Shown in pieces: positions 1 through 10,734 of a DNA stretch of 64,000 nucleotides. Source of the DNA: an uncultured Methylomirabilota bacterium (GTDB lineage Bacteria; Methylomirabilota; Methylomirabilia; Methylomirabilales; 2-02-FULL-66-22); NCBI GenBank assembly GCA_963705305.1, contig OY970067.1, forward strand, positions 3,040,001-3,104,000, read 5' to 3'. Each line of letters starts with the position of its first letter. The stretch's first letter is position 1. The notes under the pieces are model-generated. The model searched no databases, had not been told where the DNA came from, and was given only the letters and a program-made list of their open reading frames with translations. Made by a program: the position numbers and the translations under genes.

Positions 1-107
1 TCTCCGTCGGTCGCCTCCGCGACCTGATATCCCGCCCGCTCGAGCGCGAGACGCATTGATCGCCGGATCTCCTCCTCGTCCTCCACGATCAGCACGGATG
101 TCCTCAT
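1..107 (-). CDS. Response regulator receiver protein, 5' part only (runs off the left edge)
   Basis: Manual translation from ATG at 107: MRTSVLIVEDEEEIRRSMRLALERAGYQVAEATDG, a typical receiver N-terminus. ATGA overlap with the stop of the upstream kinase. Not in the ORF track. Confidence 0.85.
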   Translation of the reverse strand, partial: MRTSVLIVEDEEEIRRSMRLALERAGYQVAEATDG

Positions 108-2035
108 GCCCTGCTCCTTGCTGCCGGGGGATCCCCGTTCCTCAGGGGCGCCCGCGGCACAGTAAAGGTGAAGACGGCCCCCTGCCCCGGATCCGAGTGT
201 ACGGTGATGTGTCCCCCGTGCGCGTCCACAATCCGCTTGGCAATTGCCAGGCCGAGCCCCGCGCCGCCGCTGGGGCGTCCGGGAACCTGCACGAATCGCT
301 CGAAAATGTGCGGCAGGTGCGCCGCCGGGATGCCGTGCCCCGTATCCGCGACGGCCACCCCCAGGCGGCCGTCTTCCTGGAACACCCTCACCCGGACCGC
401 CCCGCCGGATGACGTGGCGCGAAGGGCGTTGGTGAGCAGGTTGATCACCACCCGCTCGATCTGCAGGCGATCGGCCAGGACGGGCGGCAGTCCCGGGGGG
501 ATCTGCAGGATCAACGCGACACCGTGCTGCTTGGCGCGCGGCCGGATTTCCTCCACCGCGCTCGCGACTGCGTCCTCCAGCGGCATGGGCGCGACCCGAG
601 GTGCACTCTGGCCGGCGTCCAGCCGGGAGAGGTCCAGCAGATCGTGCGTGAGCCGCTCCAGGCGGGCGCACTCCCGACGACAGGCCTCAAGAAGGTCCCG
701 CTGCGGCGAGGTAAACGCGGTCGCCTCTTCCAAGAGCAGGAGGAGATTCATCTGAATGCTGGTGAGCGGCGTCCGAAGCTCGTGGGACGCCGTCGCGATG
801 AACTCGGACTTGAGCCGATCCACTTCGCGCAGGTGCGTCACGTCTTCGAGGAGGCTCACGGCCCCCAGCAGCCGCCCGTCGTCCCCGTGCATGGGGGTGG
901 TGCGCAGGCGAAACGCGCGCTCGGCCCCATCCACCGCCAGCGGAAGGACGGCGGTGAGGCCCTCGCCGGCCACCGGGCGCTGGGAGCGGAGCGCCTCGGC
1001 CACCGCCAGGGCGAGGTGGCTGTCTCCCGCCACGGCGTCGATGGGCCGTCCGGCGACGGTGGCGGCCGGACCGAACACCTCCTCCGCCGCGGGATTGACC
1101 CGGATGACCGCCCCCTGCGCATCCGTGATGACGACCGGATCATACAGGGAATCGATCGCGGCGGTCGTCATCTGCTGGGCCATAAACACCTTGCCGAGAT
1201 CCGAGCGGCGCACCTCCCGGATCCGCTCCGCCATCCGATTGAAGTCCGCCGCCAGTTGCCCGACCTCGTCCTGCGTCCGGACCTCGGCCGTGGCCTCGAG
1301 ATCTCCGCCGGCGATCCGGGCAGCCGTGGCGCGCAGGAGGCTGAGCGGCCGGACGATCCGGTTGGCGAGCACCAGCGCGGCGAGGAATCCGGCGAGCACC
1401 AGCGCGCCGGCGATTCCCAGCGTGGTGCGGAACCAGCGGTTGGCGACGCCGGTGGCCGCCGCCGCCCTGGCCTCCATGGCGCGCTGGTTGATCTCGAGCA
1501 GGTGCCCGCAATCCTCCCGGAGGTGCCTGGCCGCACCGGCGGGATCCCCCAATTCCCCCTCATGCCCCTTTGAGCCGCCGGAGGGGCGAGAGCTCAGCCT
1601 GGCGAGCCAGGCGTCCACCTGCCGGTAGTACGTGTCCCGGTCCGCCGTGATGGCGGCGACGGTCTCCGCCTCACCCACCTCGGTGATGTTGTTGGCGGCA
1701 TCCACCAGGGCCCGGTCGAACCGGCCGCGCTCTGCAACAAGCTCTTGCCGGGCGGCCGCGTTGCCGAGGCTCATGTCCAGGCGCGCCACTTCCTGGCGCC
1801 CCAGGCTCTCCCGCATGATCTGGGCCGCGACGATCGAATCGTAGTTGTTCGCGAGAATGCTCCGGGCGACTCCTCCCATCTCGCGCAGATGCCAGGCGCT
1901 CCAGGCGCCCAGGAGGACCAGGGCGATCGTGAAGGCCAGGTATCCCAGGAAGAGCTTGGTCCGAATGCCGCGGCCTTGCCACGCGCGCCCCCGGAAGAAC
2001 ATCCGCCGCACGGCGCCCTCCCACCCAGTGTGCAT
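104..2035 (-). CDS. Membrane sensor histidine kinase (TM-periplasmic helical domain-TM, HAMP, PAS, HisKA, HATPase_c)
   Basis: Two hydrophobic segments, HAMP (DEVGQLAADFNRM), PAS (VNPAAEEVFG), H-box ASHELRTPL, N-box NLLTNA, DTGHG, GAGLGL. Start could be slightly downstream. Confidence 0.92.
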   Translation of the reverse strand: MHTGWEGAVRRMFFRGRAWQGRGIRTKLFLGYLAFTIALVLLGAWSAWHLREMGGVARSILANNYDSIVAAQIMRESLGRQEVARLDMSLGNAAARQELVAERGRFDRALVDAANNITEVGEAETVAAITADRDTYYRQVDAWLARLSSRPSGGSKGHEGELGDPAGAARHLREDCGHLLEINQRAMEARAAAATGVANRWFRTTLGIAGALVLAGFLAALVLANRIVRPLSLLRATAARIAGGDLEATAEVRTQDEVGQLAADFNRMAERIREVRRSDLGKVFMAQQMTTAAIDSLYDPVVITDAQGAVIRVNPAAEEVFGPAATVAGRPIDAVAGDSHLALAVAEALRSQRPVAGEGLTAVLPLAVDGAERAFRLRTTPMHGDDGRLLGAVSLLEDVTHLREVDRLKSEFIATASHELRTPLTSIQMNLLLLLEEATAFTSPQRDLLEACRRECARLERLTHDLLDLSRLDAGQSAPRVAPMPLEDAVASAVEEIRPRAKQHGVALILQIPPGLPPVLADRLQIERVVINLLTNALRATSSGGAVRVRVFQEDGRLGVAVADTGHGIPAAHLPHIFERFVQVPGRPSGGAGLGLAIAKRIVDAHGGHITVHSDPGQGAVFTFTVPRAPLRNGDPPAARSRA

Positions 2036-2039
2036 GTCG

Positions 2040-2798
2040 CTACTCGTCCGCCAGCCGGTACCCCACCCCCTGCTCGGTGAGCAGGTACCGCGGATGGGTC
2101 GGGTCGGGCTCGAGCTTGCGGCGCAGCTGACCCATGTAGACCCGGAGGTATTGCGCCTGCTCTTCGTAGGCGGGCCCCCAGACCTGGGTCAAGAGTTGTC
2201 GCTGTGTGACCACTTTGCCGGCATACTTGATGAGCGTGGACAGGAGGCGGTATTCGATGGGGGTCAGGTGCACCTCCTGCCCGCCGACGGACACCCGGCG
2301 ATGCACGAGATCGATCTGGAGCCCGCCAAGCGCAAAAGGCCCCTCTGGGTCGCGCCCCCGCGAGTCGGTGCGCTGCGCCCGGCGCAGGACCACCCGAATT
2401 CGGGCGAGGAGCTCTCCCACCCCGAAGGGCTTCGTGACGTAGTCATCCGCGCCAGCGTCCAGGGCGGCGATCTTGTCGCGCTCCTGCCCATGCGCGGAGA
2501 GCACCAGGATGGGCATCTCGCTCCACTCCCGCACGCGTCGGATCACGTCCAGCCCGTCCAGATCGGGCAATCCGAGATCCAGGATCAGGAGGTCCGGCTG
2601 GCGCGTCTCCGCCTCCCGCAATCCGTCGGCCCCGGTGGCCGCCTCGATCAACTGGAAGCCGTGGTGCGGCAGCGTCATGCGCAGGAAGCGCCGGATCTGG
2701 GGATCGTCCTCCACGACCAGAACCAGCCCGCCGGATGGTCGCGCGGGGGACTCGGCCGGAGTCGATGGTGTCGCTTGTGGCGACGGCTCAGGCGTCAT
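2040..2798 (-). CDS. kdpE: KdpE-like OmpR-family response regulator
   Basis: VLVVEDD, LDLGLPDLDG, ADDYVTKPF, winged-helix end LLTEQGVGYRL. Directly after kdpD. Start set to ATG 2798, overlapping the end of kdpD. Confidence 0.92.
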   Translation of the reverse strand: MTPEPSPQATPSTPAESPARPSGGLVLVVEDDPQIRRFLRMTLPHHGFQLIEAATGADGLREAETRQPDLLILDLGLPDLDGLDVIRRVREWSEMPILVLSAHGQERDKIAALDAGADDYVTKPFGVGELLARIRVVLRRAQRTDSRGRDPEGPFALGGLQIDLVHRRVSVGGQEVHLTPIEYRLLSTLIKYAGKVVTQRQLLTQVWGPAYEEQAQYLRVYMGQLRRKLEPDPTHPRYLLTEQGVGYRLADE

Positions 2799-5472
2799 GG
2801 GGCACCTCCGGCGGCGGCTCCGTGGCCGGAAGGGTGAACCGGACCAGCGCCCCTCCACCCGGCCGCGTCGCCGCCCAGATCCGGCCGCCGTGGGCCTCGA
2901 TGACAGCCCGGCAGATGGCCAGACCGAGTCCCACGCCGCGGGTTGGGGCCTCGGGCCGCCCGCGGTAGAATTTCTCGAACACGCGCTCCTCCTCTCCCGC
3001 CGCAAAGCCCGGTCCCTGGTCGGCCACCTCGACTTGGACGGCGTCCCCGACGTGGAGGGCTGCGATCGCAATGGGCGTCCCCGGGGGGGTGTACTTGGCC
3101 GCATTGTCGAGGAGGTTCACGAGCACCTGCTCGATCAGGACCCCGTCGAGCTGTACCAGGGGGAGATCATCGGGCGCGGCCACATGAACCGGGTGGTGCG
3201 CCAGGCGCCGTTCCAGGCGCGTGAGGGTGGATCCGATGACATCCTCGAGCGGGTGCCATTCCTTCTTGACGGTGACCGCCCCGGACTCCAGGCGCATCAT
3301 GTCCAGGAGATTATTCACGAGGCGCGTGAGCCGCTCCATCTCCTCGTAAACGGACTGGAGCAGCTCCCGCCAGGTCGCCGGATCCAGGGGGTCCTTCTCC
3401 TCGAGCAGGGTGCTGACGGTGCCCATCATCGAGGTGAGGGGGGTGCGGAGGTCGTGGGAGACGGACGAGAGCAGGGAATTGCGAAGCCGCTCGTTCTCCG
3501 CCCGGAGCTGGGATTGCTGGGCCTCCACGGCGACCTGGGCGCGCTCGTAGGCGACCGCCGCCTGATTGGCAAAGGCCTCCAGCAGGTGGAGCTGCTCCGG
3601 CACCTGGAACGCATCGGGATCCCCCGAACGAACGGCCAGCACGCCGGCGCTTCCACGGGAGGTCCGGAGGGGGACAAACAGCGCCGTGGCGGCCGGCAGG
3701 GTGCCGGTCCCCCGCCCAGCCATCTGCCCGTTCTGGAGCGCCCACTGGCACGCACCCAGCTCGGTGGTGTTCTGCAGAAACTCCGCATCCTGGCCGATCT
3801 GCCGCAGTGTCTCCCCCCGCCCGTCGGGCAGGATAAAGACCGCGGCCCCCCGGAAAACCTCCCCGATGTGCCGCACCGCTGCGCGGAGGACTTCGACCGG
3901 GCCCCGAATGCTGGCCAGCTCGCGGCTCATGGCGTACAGGGCCGCCGTCCGTCGCTCGCGGATCCGGGCCGCGGCGGCCTGGGCCCGCATGCGGCTGGTG
4001 AGGTTGCTGATCACCACCGCCACGACCAGCATCACCGCGAAGGTGACCAGGTACTGTGTGTCCGAGACGGCAAAGCTATAGTAGGGCGTGACGAAGAAGA
4101 AGTCGAAACTCCCGACGCTAAGGACCGAGGCGAGGATCGCGGGCCCGAGGGGAGCCCGGGACGCCACGACCACCACGCCCAGGAGGTAGGCCATGACGAT
4201 ATTGTCACGCTCGAAGTACGGGAACATCGCCCACCCCAACGCTGTGCAGGCACTGACCACGCCCATCGCGATCGCATAGTCCCGCCACGGGGGACGCCGG
4301 GGCTGGACCGGACGGGAGCCCCCCGCGGCGGCCCCTTCGCCGCTGATGACCGAGATGTCGATCTCGCCGCTGCCGCGGATAAGCGTGTCGGCAATGGAGC
4401 CGGTGATGAGGCGCCGCCAGACCGGCTGCTTGGGTTTGCCGATCACGATCCGTGTGACGTTCCGCTCGCGGGCATAGGCGAGCAACTCCTCACCGATGCT
4501 GGTCCCGGTCAACATGACCGTTTCCGCGCCCAGCTGCTCGGCCAGGCGGAGGGTCTCGGCAAGCCGGGCCCGATCAGCATCGGGGAGGGGAAGCGGGCGG
4601 GCGGTGTCGACGTAGGCGGCAATCCATGGGGCGCGCAGCGCGGTCGCCATCCGCTTGGCCGCCCGCACGACCCGGGGCGAGTCGGGGCTCGGACTCACGG
4701 ACACCAGGAGGCGCTCCGCCACGGGCCATGTCCCCGGCACGGCGTGCTCGCGCATGTAGCCCCGCATCGTGATGTCGACCCGGTCGGCGGTGCGGCGGAG
4801 GGCCAGCTCGCGCAGGGCGATCAGGTTGCCCCGGCGGAAGAAGTTGTGCATCGCCTCCTGCGCGTTGGCCGGGATATAGACCTTCCCCTCCTTCAGCCGC
4901 TCCAGCAGGTCATCCGGCGGCAGGTCGATGAGGGCGACCTCGTTCGCCTCGTCGAGGATTGCATCCGGCACCGTCTCGTGCACCATGACGCCCGTGATCT
5001 TGGCGACCACGTCGGTGAGGCTCTCGAGGTGCTGGATATTCAGCGTGGTGTAAACATCGATCCCGCAATCCAGCACCTCCTGCACATCCTGCCAGCGCTT
5101 GGCGTGGCGCAACCCCGGGGCGTTCGTGTGGGCGAGCTCGTCCACCAGCAGGAGGGCGGGACGCCGGGCCAGCGCGGCGTCCAGATCGAACTCAACCAGG
5201 GTGGTCGCGCGGTACTCCACGTGGAGGGCGGGCAGGCGTTGGAGACCGGCGAGCAAGGCCTCAGTCTCCGCCCGCCCGTGCGTCTCCACCCAGCCAAGGG
5301 CCACGTCGATCTGCTCGGCCTTGCGGGCCTGCGCCGCCTGGAGCATGGCATAGGTCTTGCCGACCCCGGCAGCCGCGCCCAGGAACACCTTCAGCCTCCC
5401 GCGGTGCTGGTGCTGTTCGGTGGCGGTCACCTGGGCCAAGAGCGCATCGGGATCGGGACGGCGATCTTGCAT
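2788..5472 (-). CDS. kdpD: Full-length sensor histidine kinase KdpD
   Basis: KdpD N-domain (GRLKVFLGAAAGVGKTYAML, VDELAHTN, KRWQDV), USP, four TM segments, GAF, SHDLRTPL, HATPase. Confidence 0.97.
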   Translation of the reverse strand: MQDRRPDPDALLAQVTATEQHQHRGRLKVFLGAAAGVGKTYAMLQAAQARKAEQIDVALGWVETHGRAETEALLAGLQRLPALHVEYRATTLVEFDLDAALARRPALLLVDELAHTNAPGLRHAKRWQDVQEVLDCGIDVYTTLNIQHLESLTDVVAKITGVMVHETVPDAILDEANEVALIDLPPDDLLERLKEGKVYIPANAQEAMHNFFRRGNLIALRELALRRTADRVDITMRGYMREHAVPGTWPVAERLLVSVSPSPDSPRVVRAAKRMATALRAPWIAAYVDTARPLPLPDADRARLAETLRLAEQLGAETVMLTGTSIGEELLAYARERNVTRIVIGKPKQPVWRRLITGSIADTLIRGSGEIDISVISGEGAAAGGSRPVQPRRPPWRDYAIAMGVVSACTALGWAMFPYFERDNIVMAYLLGVVVVASRAPLGPAILASVLSVGSFDFFFVTPYYSFAVSDTQYLVTFAVMLVVAVVISNLTSRMRAQAAAARIRERRTAALYAMSRELASIRGPVEVLRAAVRHIGEVFRGAAVFILPDGRGETLRQIGQDAEFLQNTTELGACQWALQNGQMAGRGTGTLPAATALFVPLRTSRGSAGVLAVRSGDPDAFQVPEQLHLLEAFANQAAVAYERAQVAVEAQQSQLRAENERLRNSLLSSVSHDLRTPLTSMMGTVSTLLEEKDPLDPATWRELLQSVYEEMERLTRLVNNLLDMMRLESGAVTVKKEWHPLEDVIGSTLTRLERRLAHHPVHVAAPDDLPLVQLDGVLIEQVLVNLLDNAAKYTPPGTPIAIAALHVGDAVQVEVADQGPGFAAGEEERVFEKFYRGRPEAPTRGVGLGLAICRAVIEAHGGRIWAATRPGGGALVRFTLPATEPPPEVPHDA

Positions 5473-5488
5473 TGAGGGACCGTTAGGA

Positions 5489-6061
5489 TTACTTCGCCTG
5501 ATCGAGCGCCAGGTTCAGCTCGAGCACGTTGACCCGCGGCTCCCCGAGGAACCCGAGCTGGCGCCCTTTCGTATGGGCTGCCACGAGACCGCGAACCGTC
5601 TCTTCGCTCAGGTTCCGGACCTTGGCCACCCGGTGCACTTGGTACAGGGCGGCGGCGGGGGTGATGTCGGGGTCGAGGCCGCTGCCCGATGCCGTGACCA
5701 GGTCCACGGGGACCGTGGCGGTGTTCCCGGGATCCGCAGCCCGGAGGGCCTCGATCCGCGCCTGGACCGCCTTCTGGAGATCGGGATTGGTGGGCCCGAG
5801 GTTCGAGCCGGTGGACGACCCGGCGTTGTCCGGGAAGGGCGTGGTCGCCGACGGCCGCCCCCAGAAGTACTTCGGGTCGTCGAACGGCTGCCCGATCAGC
5901 GCCGACCCCACGGGCTTCCCGTCCTTCAGGATCAGGCTGCCGTTGGCCTGCGATGGGAACAGCAGCTGAGCGATCCCGGTGATCACCGCCGGGTAGATCA
6001 GGCCCGTGAGGACCGTCAGCGCCAGCAGGGAGACGATCGCCGGCCGAAGATGTTTGGACAT
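5489..6061 (-). CDS. kdpC: K+-transporting ATPase subunit C
   Basis: [41 protein letters not shown]. Start MSKHLRPA at 6061 with upstream GGAGGA. Confidence 0.96.
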   Translation of the reverse strand: MSKHLRPAIVSLLALTVLTGLIYPAVITGIAQLLFPSQANGSLILKDGKPVGSALIGQPFDDPKYFWGRPSATTPFPDNAGSSTGSNLGPTNPDLQKAVQARIEALRAADPGNTATVPVDLVTASGSGLDPDITPAAALYQVHRVAKVRNLSEETVRGLVAAHTKGRQLGFLGEPRVNVLELNLALDQAK

Positions 6062-6072
6062 GGCTGTCCTCC

Positions 6073-8145
6073 CTACACGAGTCGCAGAGCGACCAGGATC
6101 ATGTCGATCGCCTTGATGCCGACGAACGGGATAATGATCCCCCCGAACCCGTACATCCACAGGTATCGACGGAGCACTGCGGCGGCCCCCAGGGGCCGGT
6201 ACTTCACCCCGCGGAGCGCCAGCGGGACGAGCGCGATGATGATCAGGGCGTTGAAGATGACCGCCGACAGGATCGCACTCTCGGGCGTCGCCAGACGCAT
6301 GATGTCCAGCGCCTTGAGGGCGGGGTAGGTGGTGGCGAAGGCGGCCGGGATGATGGCGAAGTACTTCGCCACGTCGTTGGCAATGCTGAACGTGGTGAGC
6401 GCGCCGCGAGTCATCAGCAGCTGCTTCCCGACCTCCACCACCTCCATGAGCTTGGTCGGGTTCGAGTCCAGGTCCACCATGTTGCCGGCCTCTTTGGCCG
6501 CCTGGGTGCCGGTGTTCATGGCCACGGCTACGTCCGCCTGCGCCAGGGCCGGGGCGTCGTTGGTCCCGTCGCCGGTCATGGCGACCAACCGCCCTTCGGC
6601 CTGGATGTCCCGGATGTACTTGAGCTTCGTCTCCGGCGTCGCCTGGGCGAGGAAGTCGTCCACCCCCGCTTCGGCGGCGATGGCTGCCGCCGTCAGGGGG
6701 TTGTCTCCCGTGATCATGACCGTCTTGATGCCCATCCGGCGCAGCTCGCCGAACCGTTCCTTGATGCCCCCCTTGACGATGTCCTTGAGCTGGATGACGC
6801 CCAGGACCTTCGCCCCTTCGGCCACGACCAGGGGGGTCGCCCCGTCCTTGGCGATCCGGTCCACGGATTTCCGGACGTCCGAAGGGACCGATCCGCCCTG
6901 CGCCGCCACGTAGGCCTCAATCGCATCGGCCGCCCCCTTCCGGATCTGGCGGCCGTCCAGGTTCACCCCGCTCATGCGGGTCTGAGCGGTGAAGGGGACG
7001 AAGGTGGCCCCCAGGCTGCGCAGGTCCCGCTCCCGTAGCCCGAAGCGCTCCTTGGCGAGCACGACGATGCTGCGGCCCTCCGGGGTTTCATCGGGAAGGG
7101 AGGACATCTGCGCCGCGTCGGCCAGCTCCTTCTCCGCGACGCCGGGCGCGGGCAGGAACGCCGTTGCCTGGCGGTTCCCCAGGGTGATGGTGCCCGTCTT
7201 GTCCAGGAGGAGGACGTCCACGTCGCCCGCGGCCTCCACCGCCCGGCCGGACATGGCGATGACATTCGCCTGGATCATGCGGTCCATCCCCGCGATCCCG
7301 ATGGCGGAGAGGAGGCCGCCGATGGTCGTCGGGATGAGGCAGACCAGGAGGGCCACCAGCACGGTGACGGTGATCGGCGTCCCCTGGCCCGCCGCCTGGA
7401 CGCTGTAGAGCGAGTAGGGCAGAAGGGTGGCGCAGGCCAGGAGGAAGACGATGGTCAGCCCCGCCAGGAGCACATCCAGGGCGATCTCGTTGGGGGTCTT
7501 CTGCCGCTTGGCCCCTTCGATGAGGGCGATCATCCGGTCCAGGAACGCCTCGCCCGGATTCGCCGTCACGCGGACGACGAGCCAGTCGGACAGCACCTGG
7601 GTGCCCCCGGTCACGGCGCTCCGGTCGCCGCCGCTCTCGCGGATGACCGGGGCGCTCTCGCCCGTGATGGCGCTCTCGTTCACCGAGGCGATCCCCTCGA
7701 CCACCTCGCCGTCGGCCGGGATGACATCGCCCGCCTCGACCAGAACCACATCCCCCTTGCGCAGGGTAGTGCCCGCGACCAGGGTGAACTCGTGCTTGTT
7801 CTCGGGATGATTGAGGCGCTTGGCCTGGATATCGCGGCGGGCCTTGCGGAGCGAGGCCGCCTGGGCCTTCCCTCGCCCCTCGGCCATCGCCTCGGCGAAG
7901 TTGGCGAAGAGGACCGTGAACCAGAGCCAGACCGAGACGGCCAGGATGAAGCCGGCCGGCGCCTCGCCCTGGCCCAGAAGCGCCTGGACGAACAGCAGGG
8001 TCGTGAGGATGGATCCCACGTAGACGCAGAACATGACCGGGTTCCGGATCTGACGCCGCGGGGTCAGCTTCCGGACGGAATCGATCGTGGCTTGCCAGAC
8101 GATCGCCGGATGGAGGAGCGGGCGGGCCTTCGCTTGCGCGGTCAT
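6073..8145 (-). CDS. kdpB: K+-transporting ATPase subunit B (P-type ATPase)
   Basis: [18 protein letters not shown] phosphorylation motif, [13 protein letters not shown]. Confidence 0.98.
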   Translation of the reverse strand: MTAQAKARPLLHPAIVWQATIDSVRKLTPRRQIRNPVMFCVYVGSILTTLLFVQALLGQGEAPAGFILAVSVWLWFTVLFANFAEAMAEGRGKAQAASLRKARRDIQAKRLNHPENKHEFTLVAGTTLRKGDVVLVEAGDVIPADGEVVEGIASVNESAITGESAPVIRESGGDRSAVTGGTQVLSDWLVVRVTANPGEAFLDRMIALIEGAKRQKTPNEIALDVLLAGLTIVFLLACATLLPYSLYSVQAAGQGTPITVTVLVALLVCLIPTTIGGLLSAIGIAGMDRMIQANVIAMSGRAVEAAGDVDVLLLDKTGTITLGNRQATAFLPAPGVAEKELADAAQMSSLPDETPEGRSIVVLAKERFGLRERDLRSLGATFVPFTAQTRMSGVNLDGRQIRKGAADAIEAYVAAQGGSVPSDVRKSVDRIAKDGATPLVVAEGAKVLGVIQLKDIVKGGIKERFGELRRMGIKTVMITGDNPLTAAAIAAEAGVDDFLAQATPETKLKYIRDIQAEGRLVAMTGDGTNDAPALAQADVAVAMNTGTQAAKEAGNMVDLDSNPTKLMEVVEVGKQLLMTRGALTTFSIANDVAKYFAIIPAAFATTYPALKALDIMRLATPESAILSAVIFNALIIIALVPLALRGVKYRPLGAAAVLRRYLWMYGFGGIIIPFVGIKAIDMILVALRLV

Positions 8146-8157
8146 GGGAGTCTCCCC

Positions 8158-9966
8158 TCACTGCATGGCGAGCATCTGGAGATGCTCGACGATGGGGCCG
8201 AGGGCCAGGGCCGGGAAGAACGTCAGGGCCCCGACCAGGATCACCGTGCCGACCAGGAGGGCCACGAACAGCGGCGTGTGCGTGGGGAGCGTCCCCGCGC
8301 TCGCCGGGACGATCTTCTTCCGCGCCAGGGACCCCGCGATGGCCAGCGGCGGGATCAGCATCCAGAAGCGCCCGAACAGCGTGGCCAGCCCGATGCCGGT
8401 GTTGTAGAAGAGGGTATTCGCGTTGAGGCCCGCAAAGGCGCTCCCGTTGTTGGCCGCCCCCTCGGAGAAGGCGTACAGGATCTCGCTGAACCCATGCGGG
8501 CCGGGATTCGCGATCGAGGCCACCGCCGATGGCGTCACGACGGCGACCGCCGTCCCGATCAGCATGATGGCGGGGCCGATCAGGATGACGAGCGAGGCCA
8601 TCTTCATCTCGTACGCTTCGATCTTTTTGCCCAGGTACTCCGGCGTGCGCCCGACCATGAGGCCTGCCACGAAGACGGCGACGATGGCGTACATCAGCAT
8701 CCCGTAGATGCCGGCGCCGACGCCGCCCGGTGCCACTTCGCCGAGCTGCATCAGCCACATCGGCACGAGGCCGCCCAGCGGGGTGTAGGAGTCGTGCATG
8801 GAGTTGACAGCTCCGCAGGAAGTGCCGGTCGTCACGGCGGCCCACAGGGCGGAGTTCAGGATGCCATACCGGACTTCTTTCCCCTCCATGTTCCCGCCGG
8901 CCTGGAGGGCGCTCACCTGCTGGTCCGCCCCCAGCCGGGCCAGGCTCGGATTCCCGGCCTGCTCGGCGAAGATGGCGATGCCGGCCATGACGACGAGGAT
9001 GAGGAGCATGGCCGCGAGGAGGGCCCAGCCCTGTCGGGTATTCTTGACGGCCAGGCCGAAGGTGTAGGTCAGGCCGAAGGGGATGACAAGGATCGCCAGC
9101 ATCTCCAGGAAGCTGGAGAGCGGCGTCGGGTTCTCGAAGGGATGGGCCGAGTTGGCATTGAAGAAGCCGCCGCCGTTCGTCCCGAGCTGCTTGATGATGA
9201 TCTGGGAGGCCGCCGGGCCTACCGCCAGGACCTGCTCGGTCAACGTGGACTTCTTCGTCTCCGGCTGTCCCTTGGCGTCGAGGACAGGTTGGCCGTCCGG
9301 TCCCGTCACGGGCTCGTCATAGGCGATGTGCTGAAGCACCGGAACCTTGACGTAAGGGCTGAAGGTCTGCACGAGCCCCTGGGACACAAGGACCAGGGAG
9401 AACACAACTGAAATCGGCAACAGGATGTACAGGGTCCCGCGGATGAGGTCCGCCCAGAAGTTCCCGAGCGTCTGCGCCGAGCGGCGGGCGAAGCCCCGGA
9501 TGAGCGCCATGGCGACCGCCATGCCGGTGGCCGCGGACACGAAGTTCTGGACGGTATACCCGGCCATCTGGGTGAGGTAGCTCACGGTGGTCTCGGGTAC
9601 GTACGATTGCCAGTTGGTATTCGTGGTGAAGCTCGCGGCTTCCATGAAGGAGAGGTCCGGGGGCACGGCTCCGAGGCCCTGCGGGTTCAGCGGGAGCCAC
9701 CCCTGCAGGCGCTGGATGGCGTAGAGCAAGAGCAACCCCGCCAGGTTGAACAGCAAGAGCGTGATCGTGTACTCCTTCCACCCCATCTCCTCCTCGGGGC
9801 GGATCCCGGCGGTCCGGTAGGCCAGCCGCTCGATCGGCCCAAGGAGCCGCTGGAGCCACGTGGCTCGACCCTCGTAGACCCGGGCCATGTAGGCGCCGAG
9901 CGGCTTGACGAGCAGCAGCAAGACCCCGAAGAACACGACGAACTGGAGAATCCCGTTCGCGGTCAT
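8158..9966 (-). CDS. kdpA: K+-transporting ATPase subunit A
   Basis: [48 protein letters not shown]. Confidence 0.98.
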   Translation of the reverse strand: MTANGILQFVVFFGVLLLLVKPLGAYMARVYEGRATWLQRLLGPIERLAYRTAGIRPEEEMGWKEYTITLLLFNLAGLLLLYAIQRLQGWLPLNPQGLGAVPPDLSFMEAASFTTNTNWQSYVPETTVSYLTQMAGYTVQNFVSAATGMAVAMALIRGFARRSAQTLGNFWADLIRGTLYILLPISVVFSLVLVSQGLVQTFSPYVKVPVLQHIAYDEPVTGPDGQPVLDAKGQPETKKSTLTEQVLAVGPAASQIIIKQLGTNGGGFFNANSAHPFENPTPLSSFLEMLAILVIPFGLTYTFGLAVKNTRQGWALLAAMLLILVVMAGIAIFAEQAGNPSLARLGADQQVSALQAGGNMEGKEVRYGILNSALWAAVTTGTSCGAVNSMHDSYTPLGGLVPMWLMQLGEVAPGGVGAGIYGMLMYAIVAVFVAGLMVGRTPEYLGKKIEAYEMKMASLVILIGPAIMLIGTAVAVVTPSAVASIANPGPHGFSEILYAFSEGAANNGSAFAGLNANTLFYNTGIGLATLFGRFWMLIPPLAIAGSLARKKIVPASAGTLPTHTPLFVALLVGTVILVGALTFFPALALGPIVEHLQMLAMQ

Positions 9967-10055
9967 GAGAAGACCTCCGGCTTGAGCAGGGCGATCACCA
10001 GGTAGACGAGGAGCCCGAATGCGACAATGCCACCGAGGATATACTGTGCGGACAT
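9963..10055 (-). CDS. kdpF: K+-transporting ATPase subunit F (30 aa)
   Basis: Manual translation [30 protein letters not shown]. YLxxALLxPExF is the KdpF signature. AGGAGG upstream and ATGA overlap with kdpA. Confidence 0.9.
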   Translation of the reverse strand: MSAQYILGGIVAFGLLVYLVIALLKPEVFS

Positions 10056-10065
10056 CGCTCTCCTC

Positions 10066-10149
10066 CTACACGCGCCCACAGAGCACGACAAACAGCCAGG
10101 TCAGCCCGAAGAACGCCAGGGTTCCCCCGATGAAGAGAATGTCCGCCAT
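10066..10149 (-). CDS. 27-aa hydrophobic peptide upstream of kdpF
   Basis: MADILFIGGTLAFFGLTWLFVVLCGRV, preceded by AGGAGAGG. Its stop overlaps the kdpF ribosome-binding site. Confidence 0.75.
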   Translation of the reverse strand: MADILFIGGTLAFFGLTWLFVVLCGRV

Positions 10150-10281
10150 GATCCTCTCCTCTCTGTTTCTTCGGATCCGAATGGCGGATCCGATGGCGAG
10201 GCCCCGCCTTGATGTACAAGGCTGACGTTAAACCGTTAATTCGGGAATACAAGTTAATGGGCCATAGAAAAGGAGTCGTTT

Positions 10282-10299
10282 GATATAAACGGATATAAA
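10282..10299 (-). promoter_or_regulatory. Candidate KdpE-binding direct repeat
   Basis: TTTATATC-CG-TTTATATC on the minus strand (10-bp period) in an AT-rich patch about 130 bp upstream of the first kdp peptide. Confidence 0.5.
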
Positions 10300-10325
10300 A
10301 ATCGGAGGTCTCTGGTCAATTTTCG

Positions 10326-10598
10326 TCACCGATGGCCCGGCAAACCAGCCCTGTCGAGTCGTATATCCCGGATGAGTTCCCCCGTGTGCCAACCGATTCG
10401 AGCTCCACGGGGAGCTGGTCGGCTCGTGCGCCACAGCAGACGGGCCGCGTTCGTGAGCGTCGGCGCGGATTGTGCCGCTTTCGCCAGGGCACCCATGGAA
10501 CTGCTCCCTCCGGCCTGCGCGGTCGGGCGGGCGGGGCGCGGAGCGGGCGCATGGACCTCAGAGGGCAGTACGTCAAGGAGTTTCATCTTTGTCTCCAT
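10326..10598 (-). CDS. Hypothetical protein (90 aa)
   Basis: ATG-initiated ORF co-oriented with kdp. No recognisable motif and no clear RBS. Confidence 0.3.
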   Translation of the reverse strand: METKMKLLDVLPSEVHAPAPRPARPTAQAGGSSSMGALAKAAQSAPTLTNAARLLWRTSRPAPRGARIGWHTGELIRDIRLDRAGLPGHR

Positions 10599-10626
10599 TG
10601 CTGACGACTAGGCCCACCCCCAGGTC

Positions 10627-10734
10627 CTACCGCAGCATGTGTAGGATCTGGCTGAACCGGAGCATGATCCCTGCTGCCACGATTGCAGTGAACGGAACGA
10701 TCGCGGTCAACGCCGCTTGGAGTGTCTGCTTCAC
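10627..10734 (-). CDS. Small hydrophobic protein (35 aa)
   Basis: GTG start with GGAGGG upstream. MKQTLQAALTAIVPFTAIVAAGIMLRFSQILHMLR has one TM-like segment. Confidence 0.5.
   Translation of the reverse strand: MKQTLQAALTAIVPFTAIVAAGIMLRFSQILHMLR

Noticed and set aside
2473..5475. 1000-aa + strand ORF, and similar long ORFs at 26885-29629, 44431-47046 and 53432-56050
   Set aside because: Antisense shadows of well-supported genes. High-GC codon bias removes stops on the opposite strand, and they contain no motifs.
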